Notes: generated from the letters alone by a model not told the origin. Shown: positions 25,796 through 39,595, counted from the stretch's first letter. The stretch: DNA of 64,000 nt from Octopus vulgaris (GCA_951406725.2 OX597814.1:152272001-152336000), one strand, 5' to 3'. Numbers and translations are program-made.

Positions 25796-26685
25796 TTTGA
25801 TCAAGAATACCAGCTCGATCAAGAATGACCTGGGGTAAGAAAAATAGCAACAGTTACAACTTATATGCTCGCTTTGTATCAAACATTGTTGAAATTGCTT
25901 TATCATTTAAATTTTTCTTGAAATATTACTGGTTGTGTAAATATTTAAACAACAATATAGTCCCCGTGGCCATCGTTAATCATTGTTAGAGGGAAGTCTG
26001 TGCGGGGTCGTTTAAAACAAAATCTCTCTCAGACCCCATTGCACTCGTCTTAGAAAAAGGAAATACATGTTGGTTAATGTTGACTTGGATATACAAAAAA
26101 GTATGAATGATCAAGGTTAGAAAAAAAAATTACCATACCTCTGCAATAAAGGTTAATTTGTGACTAAAAAAACATCAACAACATCAAGAATAAAACCCCA
26201 CCACTAAATTACTTCTGAATCTAGATATACTATCTTTTTATTGACTGCTTTAACAATGCTTTTTATGGTCATTCGGGAGATGATAAAGTTAAGTTCTTTT
26301 CCAAGGAAACAGCACGGTATAAAAACAAAATATATATCAAATCAGTATTACCCACGTCTAGAAAGTTGTTTGAGAGTAATTATCGTTTTGTAACACGATA
26401 GGGAGTCGTTTATTAACGTTCGTATTTATTTTCAATAACAAAATAAAGCTTCACATCCATTTTGTTTGGTACAATAAATTCTTTCAAATGTGAATCGGTT
26501 GCTTTATTTACCTTTAAAGAATGGAAAAATGAATTAATGTCAATCAATAAGAATAATTTTTAAACGTTTAAACAGAATAACATAGCAGCACAGTTATGTG
26601 TGAATATTTTATCAGAAATATCAAGGGAATTTTATAGTAAAAAAAAAAAAAATTCAAAATACAAATATATTTATTTTTTGCATTG

Positions 26686-26932
<247 letters not shown>

Positions 26933-27859
26933 GAAACTAGCGATATCATTTACAAAGTGCATATTCATCTGCAGTGTGCAGCAAATCAAAATATGCACAT
27001 AAGAAGTCTAACCTCATCTACATTTCTGCCCAGATTGCCAGGCGATTATCACAGATTATATTTCACGAAAATACTTAACGAAATTTTTTCCACTCAGAAA
27101 TTCATTATGTATTTTACATTATTGATTCAACGGAACAAAGTTAAATTATACGTAATGCGATCTCAATTGGAAAACATTGTGAACATTAGCTTTCCTTATG
27201 TAAATCCAAAGCTTTCTAAAAATACAAATTAGTAAATGAATTCATATGCATTTGAAAAGCATCTCACTTTTAATATTTATCTTCAGTTAGATTGTTAGAT
27301 AGTATCATGTGTTCCCAGAATTTTAGAACCAGTTAAACACACACAGACACACACATACGCACACATATATACATATATACATATATGCACACACACACGC
27401 ACACATATACATATATACATTTATATATATTTATATGTCTATGTGTGTATATGTAAATATTTGTTTCTCTGCGTTGCTATTTAAACGAAGTCTAACGTTA
27501 AGTTGAAGGATCACTTAATACTTTTCAGGAGCGTAACAATTTATTTTTACAATGAAATTTCAAGTGGTGAGCCAATTCACAAACGGCTCTTTCACATTAT
27601 GAGTAAATATGCACCTCCACAACTATAAATTCTAATATTCTTATCCTGGAACTTCCTATCTACGTACAATATTGTATCGTTTTCGGGGCATTACATGATA
27701 TTTCACAGGTAGATAATAACATGATATTATTTTCGGACAATGGTTTACAATTGCAGACCACATTTTTCAGTGCTGTGCAACGATAGAATCTTTTTGTATG
27801 GAGTTTAACGTTTATCAAAAGAACAGGAATCCAGGGTATATCGAACTTACACCCGAATG

Positions 27860-28195
27860 CTAGGATCATTCTTAAACGTATCTTGAAGGACTTATCCTGT
27901 CAAAAAACAGCTGTATAGAAATCTCCCGTCTGTTTCCGCCATTACAAGGTAAAGGCGCATGGGCTTTGCAGGACATTGCTAACGAGTTGAACAAGACCTA
28001 ACAAGTGGCCTACAGCTATGGATGCCAAAGTATGGCCGTATTCGAGCACGTCGTCCGAATACAGCGTTTGCAGATCAACTCACCAGAGATACTGCATGCC
28101 TCTACGGAAACTACCAACTAATTCAGGACTTACATGGATGACTCGTGCGGGTTAAAAATGTCTGAGTAAGTTCCATCAGATGTTGATGATGATTT
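27860..28195 (+). pseudogene. RTE-like LINE 3' fragment
   Basis: LYRNLPSVSAITR*RRMGFAGHC*R and LWMPKYGRIRARRPNTAFADQLTRDT match the RTE C-terminal RRLxFAGHCxR and GRP motifs; (GAT)n-like tail. Confidence 0.7.
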
Positions 28196-29492
28196 ACCCA
28201 GATTCTGCACCACAGTTATCACATCTGATTTATACTACTTGCATCTAGATTCTTTAATTTCTTTATTTTTGTACGCCAAGTATTGTCTTGCCTCCCGTTC
28301 CTAGATTACATAAGCATGCAGTAACGTAGGTAGGATGTGGTCTCCTCTAGACAGTGCCTTTATGGGAACGGCACATTTGAGTTTGCTGCATGTGTTTGTA
28401 TAGGATTCTTGGGCCGGGTGGGGTGGGAAATTCAAGTCCACCCTGGGTTGCACACATTCGAGCTATGCCACTGAGTACCTATCCTTCAAACTGAGAGATA
28501 ATAAAATAGTTGTGAGCCCAAGGCTCTCGACATTGGTTATCTGTGTTACTGTCACCCTTGAAGCTTTCGGACAATATAGCCATACATGACCGTCTACTCA
28601 TTGCAGAGGGCCTTTCTTCAAAAGAATGTGTGAGTAAAATATCTTTTTTTTTTTAAATCCTTCCATAGAAAAGGAACGAGGATTTTTTAAAAAAGGAAAA
28701 AGAATCAAAGCTACATTGCTAAATTTTCGATTACAACAACGGTGAAGAGTTACATTTTGAATCTCACGAAAGCTTTACATATTTCTGTAAGCTTGCAGGT
28801 TTCGTTTGCTAAGTATGTATTAGCTTATCACTGTGTCAGAAAACTCCATATTTTTGATATTATCACTGTTATGTTGAGAGAATATATATAAATAGGGCGG
28901 TCGATGACAGAACTATCACAACGTCAGACAAAATATCTTGCGGCATTTATCCCATCTTTTTATGGACTGCCTTAAAATCTCGCCAAAGTCAACATTTCCT
29001 TTCGTTTTTCCAATATCGAAAGAAATATGTAAATCACAATCAAAGCAATTCATCATAGTCTTCAACTTCTTTCTAACAACTGTTGCAGCAGAACTGGTGC
29101 TATGTTGCATCAGCCGTTGCTCTTCGATTGATCAACATCACTGGAGTGAAGAGGAGAGACTTACTGTACGGATAACTGCTACTGTCCAATGCAACCTTAT
29201 CCAAACTGCTACCCCGGAGAAGAGACTTGTCTTTTCATATGTACGTATATATGTATATATGCATGTATGTACATATGCATATATGTATATTTGCATTATG
29301 TATACATGAATGCATGCAAGCGTGTATATGACTATACAAATACACCAGTTCATGCATGGATGCGTGTTTGTATGTCATTGTTCAGCTTTATTTCAAGATT
29401 TCTTGCCAATAGATAAAGAGCCGGTTTCTAACCTAGATTCAAGGCTCCTTCATTGGAATTTCAAGATCAACAACAGAATATTTTTGTTTGTA

Positions 29493-29932
29493 GGATATAT
29501 TCCATTTGACGGACAGATTTTTTTAATTAATATTTTTTTAACTAAACACTTTTTCTAGCAGGTCATGCAACAACATACAGGCTCCGTTGTTGGTCTGTCT
29601 CAGTAATAATTTTGTCGTTATTTAGCCTCAGATCAACCCGGATACAGCAAATCTATGTTGCTATAAAAACACTCTCTGGTTATCAAAGAAGGGTTTTGTT
29701 AGGGGAGGAGACCCGGAACTTGTTGTTCGCAAACAGCAGCAGTAATTTTCTTCAGCTAAATACACGTCAATGATTGGTTAAAATTACCCAAATACGACAA
29801 CTTTAACACGAAATAACTTTTAAATACAATATAGACCTTGTTCTATGTGACACAGTTTACCAGTATCCGAAGTTTCAAAGTGTTTAGTTAAAAAATTAAT
29901 TTAAAAATATGGCCATCAAATTGATAAGATCC
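29493..29932. mobile_element. Two inward-facing ends related to MITE 3004-3349
   Basis: 29493-29554 matches the MITE left end (+); 29720-29932 is the reverse complement of MITE 3004-3240. Confidence 0.65.
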
Positions 29933-30230
29933 TGTATGGATGGAAGGATGGATGGATGGATGTGTGCAGAATTGTAAGTTTTGCTTTATGTATATATTAT
30001 CATGCATATAGTTGCATATCTAGATATGCCTATATATATTTAAATGATAAACATCTGGAAAGTTTCACAGATTTTTACAGTGATGGATTGGATTTATCGT
30101 CTTCGAATTAACTTTCTCCTTTCTGGTTTTGAGAAGCCTAATTTCTCAAGATTGGTATTTAGGCAGTGTGTTAACAGATCCCAGGGCCCCATTAATTACA
30201 GGTATAAACTTGTATGTGTATATGTATGTG

Positions 30231-30262
<32 letters not shown>

Positions 30263-30289
30263 TGTATGTATGTATGTATGTATGTATGT

Positions 30290-30547
30290 GACAAAGTACG
30301 TCTTTTATCAGCCAATAAATCATCTATATGTTCATCATTTTCTTTAAACCAATCTTGATGCTTTCTTTGTATCAATCCGAGAAATTTCTTACCTAGCCGG
30401 CTATTACCGGTAAAGGTTTTAGTTGCCAATTCTGTACAAGACATTGTAGATCTTTAACTGGGCTAAAAAGTCACATTCGATCACAACACCAGTAACAGTT
30501 AAGCTTCGTGCAATGGCCATACTCGATAACGAGGGGGCAGCCATAAT
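30290..30547 (+). mobile_element. RTE LINE 3' end (last C2H2 finger and 3' UTR) with inverted 5' segment, within (TATG)n
   Basis: 30395-30547 matches the reverse complement of 55501-55655; 30290-30394 encodes LGLIQRKHQDWFKENDEHIDDLLADKR on the minus strand. Confidence 0.8.
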
Positions 30548-31280
30548 GTATGTATGTATGTATGTATGTATGTATGTATGTATGTATGTATGTATGTATG
30601 TATATATGTATGTATGTGTGTGTATGTACGTACGTACATATATACGCATGCATGCATGTATGTATGTATGTATGTATGTATGTATGTATGTATGTATGTA
30701 TGTATGTATGCATGTATGCATTATGCAGGTATGTATACACGAAGTAAATTGTATTCGTAATCTATCATTTGATAAAGTCTGTGTTCTCCAAACGAGTATG
30801 TTGAGTCCACCTTGATTTACTCAAGACATGATTTGTTCCCGAAGGTTAATTCGGGATGATGGTGATGACCGCTATACTAGCTTTCTTTACTGCTTTTATA
30901 TCACTTTGTTTCAGTATTAATTTGAAGATTTATGAGGGTATCTCTTGGGTATCACAAATTAATTAGTTTCCATGTCTTGAAGATCAAATAACAAAAACCG
31001 ATTTCGTTGTCGAGTTACCGTTTTCTACAGGGAATAAAAAAAAACTTCAAGCAACAGACCAGTTAATAATTAACGGATACGCTTATCTTCCATTTGATCA
31101 ACATTGCACTCTAATTATTCACCAAAAATTAATCCAACGGTAGGATTTGACTTGAAAGGTTTAGCTACTGTTTACAACAGGTCAAGCAAGTACGTTGTGG
31201 TCTCGAGACAGGCTTGCTTGTTACGAATCTTAATGACCGAATCAGTATTATTTCCTGCAGCTACTAACAAACATACATTC

Positions 31281-31325
31281 TTCTCCTCTTCCTCTCTTAT
31301 TTCTCTCTCTCTCTTTCTCGCTCTT

Positions 31326-31359
<34 letters not shown>

Positions 31360-31720
31360 CCTCTTTCTTTCTCTCTATCTCTCTCTATCTTTCTCTATCT
31401 CTCTCTCTCGTCTTGTTTCTGTCCCCCTTTTTTCTTTGCTGTCTATTTATCCTTATATACTTTCTTTTTTTATTACCATTTATTTTTACTTCATCTTTGC
31501 CTCCATCTCCCTCTCTTTCTTTTTTTCCGTCTTTCTATTTTTCTATTTGTTTATTTGTTATCTTATTCCTCTTACTCTGTTTTCTTCTTTTTCCCCCTCT
31601 TTCCCCCCCTCTCCCACTACACCTCTCTTTCTACTCTCCCTCTCTCTACTCCCCTTCTCTCTACCCTAATCTCTCTACTCCCCTTCTACCTACTCCCCCT
31701 CTCTTTCTTTTTGTTTGTTT
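31281..31720. repeat. Polypyrimidine (CT-rich) tract
   Basis: Direct read. Confidence 0.9.
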
Positions 31721-32006
31721 TTAATTCATCGTCATGAGATATTTATTCATGACTTGATAGCCATATAACAACTAGATGTGTATAAATTCTTCGTTAACAC
31801 CTATAAGTCAAACACCACTAAATTATGACGTGACTAGAATGCCGCAGCTTCGTCATGTATTCAAAATACACAGACAAAAGTACGATATTGATTAGTCAAC
31901 ATTCGGTTAATGATATATATTTTCTGATATTACAACCATTGCTGTTTTGAAATTCTTCCATGTTAAAGATTTGCTCAGCTTTACTCTCAATATTACATTA
32001 TTTTAA

Positions 32007-32415
32007 CGCGGCGAGCTAGCAAAATCGTTAGTATACGGGGGAAAGTATTTATCGGTATTTCGTCCGTCTTTATGTTCTGACTTCAAATTCCGCCGAAGTC
32101 GACTTTGCTTTTCATCCTTTCGAGGTCGATGAAATAAGTACCAGTTGGACACTGGAGTCCAAAATTTTAGGCCTTATGCCTATAGTAGAAGAGAATATTA
32201 CGCTATTGTGAGCTGGCAGAATCGCTAACACGCCGGGCAAAATACTTATCGATATTTTGTCTGTCTTTACGTTCTGAGTTCAAATTCTGCCGAGGTCGAC
32301 TTTGCCTTTCATCCTTTCGTGGTCGATAAAATAAGAACCAATTGAGCACTGGGGTCGTTGAGATCGACTTACCCCTTCCCTTGACATTGCTGGCCTTGGG
32401 CCAAAATTTGAAAGC
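32007..32415 (+). mobile_element. Two tandem SINE A copies
   Basis: gcggcgagctagc...ttcaaattccgccgaagtcgac and gagctggcagaatcgctaacacgccgggc...gagttcaaattc. Confidence 0.9.
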
Positions 32416-32640
32416 AATATTTCGAGTTAGATGGGATCGCGTGGTCTACTACTTGTTTCAATAAAAAAATATCAAAAACAGGAACGACATACTCATCAAT
32501 ATTGTCCGGGATATACAAAAATACGGGATGATCAAAGACGGAAAATATAACATACTGCAAACTATATTAAACTATTAAACGTTTTTATAAGTCAATACAG
32601 TGTTCTATTGTGTTAGCAGTGCTCTTAAATCCTGTATTAA

Positions 32641-33106
32641 GGTCATCTCTTCAGATTTTCCATAGAAGTTATAGCCAGCACTGATTTTATTATGACATTT
32701 CGTATCCAAGACGTCTGATGCAAACAAACAGAGATCGAAGATGGAAAATGGGTAACGGACTCTTCATGTATTTTGTAGTATATTACAGTTGCATAACGTG
32801 TCCCTAAAAGTCATTAATATCTACATACCAACTTCCAGGAATGTGTTTAATGTGTGAATTGGTATATCCAATAATGTTACACCACTATATGTAGTGGCTA
32901 TTTAAGCAATGAGTTCGTAGGTGATTAATGGGTTGGACGGGTGAGGGTGCAGGAGCAAAAAATTCCCCGAAATATCGCATATACGCTCATTACCCACTTT
33001 TCGTCTTCGATCTCATTGTTGTTTGACATCTGACGTCTCGGATACGAAATGTCATAACAAAATCAGTGCTGGTTATAATTTGTATGGAAAATCTGTAGAG
33101 ATAACC
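32641..33106. mobile_element. MITE with ~115-bp TIRs, GG...CC termini and ttaa/gtaa flanks (Kolobok-like)
   Basis: ccagcactgattttattatgacatttcgtatcc / ggatacgaaatgtcataacaaaatcagtgctgg. Confidence 0.75.
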
Positions 33107-33559
33107 GTAACAAGTTCACTGAACTGTCACTTTCAATCAAATAGTTGTTATTGACATTGACACTCAGGTACGTAGATCTTGGCTGAAAAATTTAAGATTA
33201 TTGACGTCCCATTCCTGCTAATTCTATCTTATTTTCAGATGTTGTGCATCTATAACTACATTGTGCAACATACTGTTCCACATTTATGATAGGAGGCTGT
33301 GATTTGAACAAGATTGGTTGTTTGGAGTTGTTATAGTTGAATTTAGTCGTGTATGCGGCCAACTGGCAGAAACATTAGAGCCTCGTGATATCTATTCCGA
33401 CTTTCTGCGCTCTAAGTTTAAATAGACCGAGGTCTACTTTGCCAGTCATGCTTTCATTACCGATAAAAATATGCTAACTCAAAGCAGTTAATTAACAGAA
33501 CTGTAAAAATGTCGGAGTGGATGCCTTGTGTTATTTGTTCCACGTGTTGAGGGTTCATA

Positions 33560-33825
33560 TATGATGGACTCTCTCGTCAAAGACGACGTATGAGCGTTCA
33601 GCTTTTGCCGAACGACTTGCACAAATGATTTGTTCGTAGTGATCAAATGTATGTGCCGCACATTAACTCACTACCTCTGCCAAATCGACGTTGTATCACG
33701 CGTCAAGTGTCGAAGTGAGATGAACGTGAGATGAAGTGATTTGCTCAAGAACACAACGCACCACCCGATCTAGGAATTAAAATCACGGTCTCGTGAGCGT
33801 GAGTGCAACACTATAACCAGTAAGT
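33560..33825 (-). mobile_element. CORE-type SINE, diverged
   Basis: aagtgatttgctcaagaacacaacgc...gtgagtgcaacactataacc, as in the family C head. Confidence 0.6.
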
Positions 33826-33931
33826 CATATATATGCATGTATATGTAGATACATATATATATATGTATGAATGTGTATATATATATACATACATACATAC
33901 ACACACACATACACACACATATATATGTATA

Positions 33932-35028
33932 CTAGCTGGTGTACCTGGTAATTCCCGGTGGTAAAGATGCTCTATTAAAACACCTTATTATTCTGATATA
34001 AGAAAGCAATTTCCTTATAACTGCCATAAAAGGTGTATTTTCAGTCACGAAAAAGTACAAATACTGTGCGCTGGAGAAGGAAAAGATTGTTGAAAGTTGG
34101 CGACAGAGGTTTCCGGAGGCTGGTGAAAAAGATTGTCGGAAGTTGTCTAGAGAGGTTTTAGGAGATTGGCGAGAGAGGTTGTCGTTCACAGAAAAAATAT
34201 TACTTTACTGTGAGAAAAGCGCTGTTGAAGTGTTAAGTGAAACTTGACAATCGAGGACCAAATTCATGTTATGCCTGCATGAAGCCACTGCAAATACGTT
34301 GTGGAAAAAAATTATCTACTCTCATGGAGAAAGGGTAACTGTAAAAATGCAGAATTATTGAAGTAATGGGGCAGTCAAAAAAGTATGTATGAATAGAAAT
34401 GTATGAATGAAGAGATTCAAATTAAGGAAGTGCAATAATAATGTTTAGCAGTTCAAAACTGTGAGTAGTGACATGCAGAATTAGGTCGGCTGATCGTGAG
34501 AATCAAATATTGATCGCATCGCTAAAACCTGCAGGTGCTATGGGTTATTTCCCGTGGGTTGTTTAAATAAAGTATTAGTAATATGTAGTAGATAAGAGGA
34601 TCCATTGGATGGCCCCTATTATCGATTCTTTTCAACAATCTATGTGTCACGAGGTTTCCAGACATGAGTTCTTCTCACATGTCAAATAAAGTTTAAAAAA
34701 TGATATTCTCTGCAAAGATTAGAAATTGGACACACACAAAAAAATCAATATCTAAAGTAATCGAACATAAGCAATGAAATAGGTTGTTCAAAAAAATATT
34801 GTGCAGGTAATATGGCTTATTTCCTTTGGGTGTTTAAAAAAATTAGTTATATAAGGTGGATATAAAGGTCCCTTCCAGGAGCCGTATTATCGATTTTCTC
34901 AACAATCTAAGTATGTCTCGAAGTTTCCAGATATGAGTTCTACTCGTGTTTCAAATTTCATCAAAATCAATAAAACGATGCAGGAGGGGTTAGATAACAA
35001 CGCCACAAACTAATTTTCCACATATGTA

Positions 35029-35030
<2 letters not shown>
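33932..35030 (-). mobile_element. Non-autonomous Helitron-like element
   Basis: Minus-strand 3' CTAG|T at 33932 with subterminal imperfect hairpin cctggtaattcccgg; internal tandem duplication 34520-34960. Confidence 0.55.
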
Positions 35031-35094
<64 letters not shown>

Positions 35095-35730
35095 GTATGT
35101 CGGCGGCAACCAGAACACCAAGTACAGCACCGACGACACACGCACATAGAGATACATTGGATGTTCCAGGAACTTTTTCAAGCAACGTTTCTCCAACCAC
35201 AGGTCCCCCTTCAGAGTTCCGGAAAAGAGATACCTAGCAACACTGGCCAGCCACGTCTGGCAACTATGAAACGATGAGGCTCCATACTCGATCTCATGGA
35301 AAATCATCGCGAGCCCAAGCCCCTACATCACGGAAGGAAGCGTTGCAAGTTATGCATACCTGAATGCGCGAGAATCCTAAAGGACTCACTCGAACCAAGG
35401 AACATTGCTAACTCCAGAACGGAGATTTTCGGGCCGTGTTTACATTTCAGGGGAATCATGCTAGCCTTTTGGAGCCCACAAGACTGCGGCACCGCCGGTA
35501 GTCGATAGCCAATAGCAAAGGGAGATAATCCCTAATTGTTACCTTTGAGTAGTGAAGTATTCTCCTTTCATTTTTTTAGAAGTTATGGGCCAAGGGGTTT
35601 ATGGGATCTGACGATACGTCCATAAAGGTTTTAGTTTTCTGGCGTATTGTCAGATCTCAAAACTTGTTGGGCCTAGACGAGGTTTTGGGATCTGACGACA
35701 GAGTGTGCTTCTTCTTTCGGATTTGTTTTT
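35095..35730 (+). pseudogene. Penelope-like element 3' fragment: GIY-YIG endonuclease C-terminal half
   Basis: From 35150: RYIGCSRNFFKQRFSNHRSPF..LASHVWQL*..ISWKII..PY, frameshift, then RKRCKLCIPECARIL..NSRTEIFGPCLH; abuts (TA)n. Confidence 0.8.
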
Positions 35731-35837
35731 ACAGACTATATATATATAAAGAGAGAGGGAGATGTTATATAATAGACATGTTACAGAATAGACGTTATAT
35801 AACACATGCGTACATGCACACTTAATATGTACATACA

Positions 35838-35838
35838 T

Positions 35839-35920
<82 letters not shown>
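35838..35920. repeat. (GATA)n microsatellite
   Basis: Direct read. Confidence 0.98.
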
Positions 35921-35921
<1 letters not shown>

Positions 35922-36195
35922 CTCATCATCAATGGTGTCCATAAAGTTTATCAGTCACGGAAAAAGACCATTATCTTGACATAGTTATCATAACACACAT
36001 AAGAGAGTAAGTAGGAATAATGTTACGGCGAGTCTGGATAGGTGGTTTACAAATACACTATCGGCATACACAAGTGGTGTGTTGTTGTTTGTTAACGGTA
36101 TTAAACACTATAGAGAAATGTCAGCGTTAACAGTTGTTACGGAGCCTCTCTTAGAAAATGTCATTCCTTAAGTAATTATTTTTAATTAGTCTCGG

Positions 36196-36197
<2 letters not shown>

Positions 36198-36258
<61 letters not shown>

Positions 36259-36261
36259 CAT

Positions 36262-36348
<87 letters not shown>

Positions 36349-36583
36349 GACAGACAGACAAACAAAAATAGATATATATATATATATTATATGCATACAT
36401 AAACATATATTCATAACTATTTATACATATATACATACATACACCTAGTTATAATACGTATGCACAGATGCATATGTACATACACCGATATATGCATAAG
36501 GACATACATATATATGTGTGTATGTATATATGCATATATATGCATACATATACACATATAGCAAATAAACATTAAAAGATAGA

Positions 36584-36619
<36 letters not shown>

Positions 36620-36684
36620 TGTATGTATGTATGTATGTATGTATGTATGTATGCATGTATGTATGTATTATGTTTGTATGTATG
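36198..36684. repeat. Compound (TA)n/(GATA)n/(GACA)n/(TATG)n microsatellite region
   Basis: Direct read. Confidence 0.92.
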
Positions 36685-36979
36685 TTCTTTCTTTGAGTTT
36701 AAGTTCTTCTTGAGAGAGTCCAAGCCGGTGTTGCTAACAAAACAAGACTTCATTTGTAAATATGTGGTTGATTTGAACTGTTGATGTGCTTCTATTCACA
36801 TAAGAATCTCCCATGAAGAGTTTCTGAAATATCTTACAAATCTTTACCGTACTACAAATAGATTCAATTTGGAGAATCCCCGTCAGATTCTTCAGCTCTT
36901 TTTCCATGAAACCCAGTATTTTTAGGTTTTTGTGTAAATTTGTTGGTACATATCCTAATGCACCTATGATGATAGCTCT
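36685..36979 (-). pseudogene. RLE-type LINE extreme 3' fragment with (CATA)n tail
   Basis: AIIIGALGYVPTNLHKNLKILGF..LQIESICSTVKICKIF resembles the RLE C-terminal PIIVGALG..LQ..GT block. Confidence 0.7.
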
Positions 36980-37716
36980 GTATGTATATATGTACGCGTA
37001 CATGCACTCATGCAAACAGTCAGAAACACAAATGGCGAAACTTTCCTTACCTATATCAGTCTTCTGTTCATCTTTATTGCGCAATCTACAATATGGTCGA
37101 CAGCTCTGTATATTATTTCCTTTTCAAGGCATTTCTAATTCAGAGTACAATTATCGAATTTACTGTCTTTACATAGTCTTTGTAAGCGTCAGTAACTAGT
37201 TAGGTGAATTGTTTTATTTGAACCTATGTTAGGAAAGCACCTATAGCTAACGTCAACAGTGTTTCTACTGAATATTGTGACATGTTTGTGGCTGTAGAAA
37301 CTAATTATCGATTAATGTGAGGAATCATCTAGCAATGTTTTTACACTCGCTCATACAATACACTGGATCGTATATTAACGTTGTCAAAATGTCAACACTG
37401 AAGACCGATATACTACCCTACAAACACCAGATGATTGCTTTACCCTATTCACTTAACTAGCCCTCATGTCTTTTTATCAATAATGAACGTACGATATTTC
37501 GTTTCGTTTCTGCTATCGTCTAACAAGGTGGCTGAATTGCCATTGTGGCATGAAAACTGTTACTGAATAATTGCGAATAGATTCGCATGAAACCAACAGA
37601 CTAACAGTACTTGTACGTTAAAAGAAATTATTCATCCATCAATAATGCAGTATAAATCACTCGTACTTTATTTGGTACAAATGCGTGTGTACTTGCTTGT
37701 GTACATGTATGTGCAA

Positions 37717-37771
<55 letters not shown>

Positions 37772-39044
37772 TGCAGATGTGTGTGTGCGTATGTTCCTTA
37801 TCTATTGCAAAAGCGAGTTGCCGATTTTGACGTATGGGTTATCAAAAGATTCAGTAAGCTTTTGGCTACCAACTGAACTATATTTTCATTCACATATTTG
37901 CATTACAAAAATTTTAAATGATTATTTTTCTTTTAGTCTCCTATCGCAAACGAAATTTTATATCACCACCACAACGACGATGACGTCACATTTTTTATAT
38001 GACTGTGTTCATGCATTCGTTACATATGTTAGACCGATAAATGTGTGTGATGGTGTATGTATCTATCAGTATACGTATATTTTTGTGACGACTGACACAC
38101 ACACATCTAAAGACAGAGACAGACACTCACAGGGAGAGATGTAGGCTTCAGATGTGCATTAATGTATATGTGTGTGTCTTAGTTTATGTATGTGACTCCC
38201 ACCCCGCCAAAAGTGAAACGCGTCGATATTGAAAGTTTACTTTCAAGTACTAACAACATGAATATTTGGCTCATTTAACACCACTCACAATACTAGCAAA
38301 TGTATCTGGAGAAAAAAATGTTATTCTGCTTATCATAACAAGTTCGGAAACTTGGCGAAGAAGAAAGCTTCAGCGACTCTTTCAATAAAATTACAGAAAT
38401 ATTATTCCACTCCTTCTAACCAGTTTCAAGATTTTTTTTAACAGTCCTTGTATTCCTCCTATGCTTCTTCATCACTGTGAGTATCAACGTCGCACACTCT
38501 TTTTACTGTGTTACTCGGTATCGATTCTACAGCCTTTAAGGTTACACAGTTAAAAATATATAGCAATGTCAAATTAATTTATATCTTCTTACATGCATCC
38601 TTCAGCTAATATTTTAAATTAACGTTCACAACAGTATCTTCCTTTCTATAAACTTGGTTCAGCGTTCGTTTCAAAATTGTAAAGTAAATTATTTTTGTAT
38701 GAAAAATTGAATTATGCCTTCTGAATTTTGTTGGACTTTCACTTTCTTCACTATGACATTTATTCAATCGCGAATTTTAATAACATTTAGTACATGTTCC
38801 AAATAAATGTTGACTTTCTGTACTTTCTTACATTGGTGACGCACACTAACTTTTTTCTATAGCATAACTATGCTACAGAAAGTATGTTTTGCACCTATAT
38901 TGACTACATTTAGTAACTTTTGCTAAATTGGTGACTTTCCATTTTTTTTAGCATGTATGTGTAAGTGGCACTCACTCGCTCCCTCTCTCTATCTCTCACA
39001 CACACATACTCTTTCATATACACGTACATATGGGCGAAATATAC

Positions 39045-39222
39045 ACAAGGCCAGAAATTTTGTGGGAGGGTACCAGTCAATTAGATCGACCCCAGTACGC
39101 AACTGGTACTTAATTTATCGACCCCGAAAGGATGAAAGGCAAAGTCGATCTCGGCAGAATTTAAACTCAGAACATAAAGACAGACGCCCGTCGTGCTAAT
39201 GTTTCTGCCAGCTATCCGCCTT
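39045..39222 (-). mobile_element. SINE family A
   Basis: tcgaccccagtacgcaactggtacttaatttatcgaccccgaaaggatgaaaggcaaagtcga. Confidence 0.9.
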
Positions 39223-39375
39223 CATGTTTTGTACCTGTATTGACTACATTTCGTTTCGCTTGGACTTCGTGTGTGTACGTTTTGCTGTTTTCAATATTAT
39301 CAATTTTAAGAATGTGTGTCTGTGTGTCTCTGCGTTCGTTATGATGTCTATAGTAAACTATAGTAAAAAAACAGT

Positions 39376-39595
39376 TTACGTTGTTTTAATGAGCCCACAT
39401 CTAATGAAGTAGCCATCCTTACGGTTGGTGATCCCCATGAAAATCATATTCTCATTCGTGTTCGAGATAACAACCTTAAACGTGTTTCACAGACACATCT
39501 CTTTTACGATGCTCTCCAGTATAACCCTATTCTGTGGAATGGACAAGATGTGTATCATTTCAAAATTCCATGCATTGGACCTGCAACAGGATAGC
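39376..39595 (+). pseudogene. Helitron RepHel fragment (Rep-proximal region)
   Basis: In-frame LRCFNEPTSNEVAILTVGD..RVRDNNLKRVSQTHLFYDALQYNPILWNGQDVYHF, matching RRFNxPTxxEVA..HxSYDALQYP. Confidence 0.75.

Noticed and set aside
28319-28473. Possible hAT MITE (cagtaacgtag / ctatgccactg)
   Set aside because: TIRs are weak and there is no matching 8-bp TSD
31104-31724. 206-aa hydrophobic ORF resembling a membrane protein
   Set aside because: Translation of a CT-rich polypyrimidine tract
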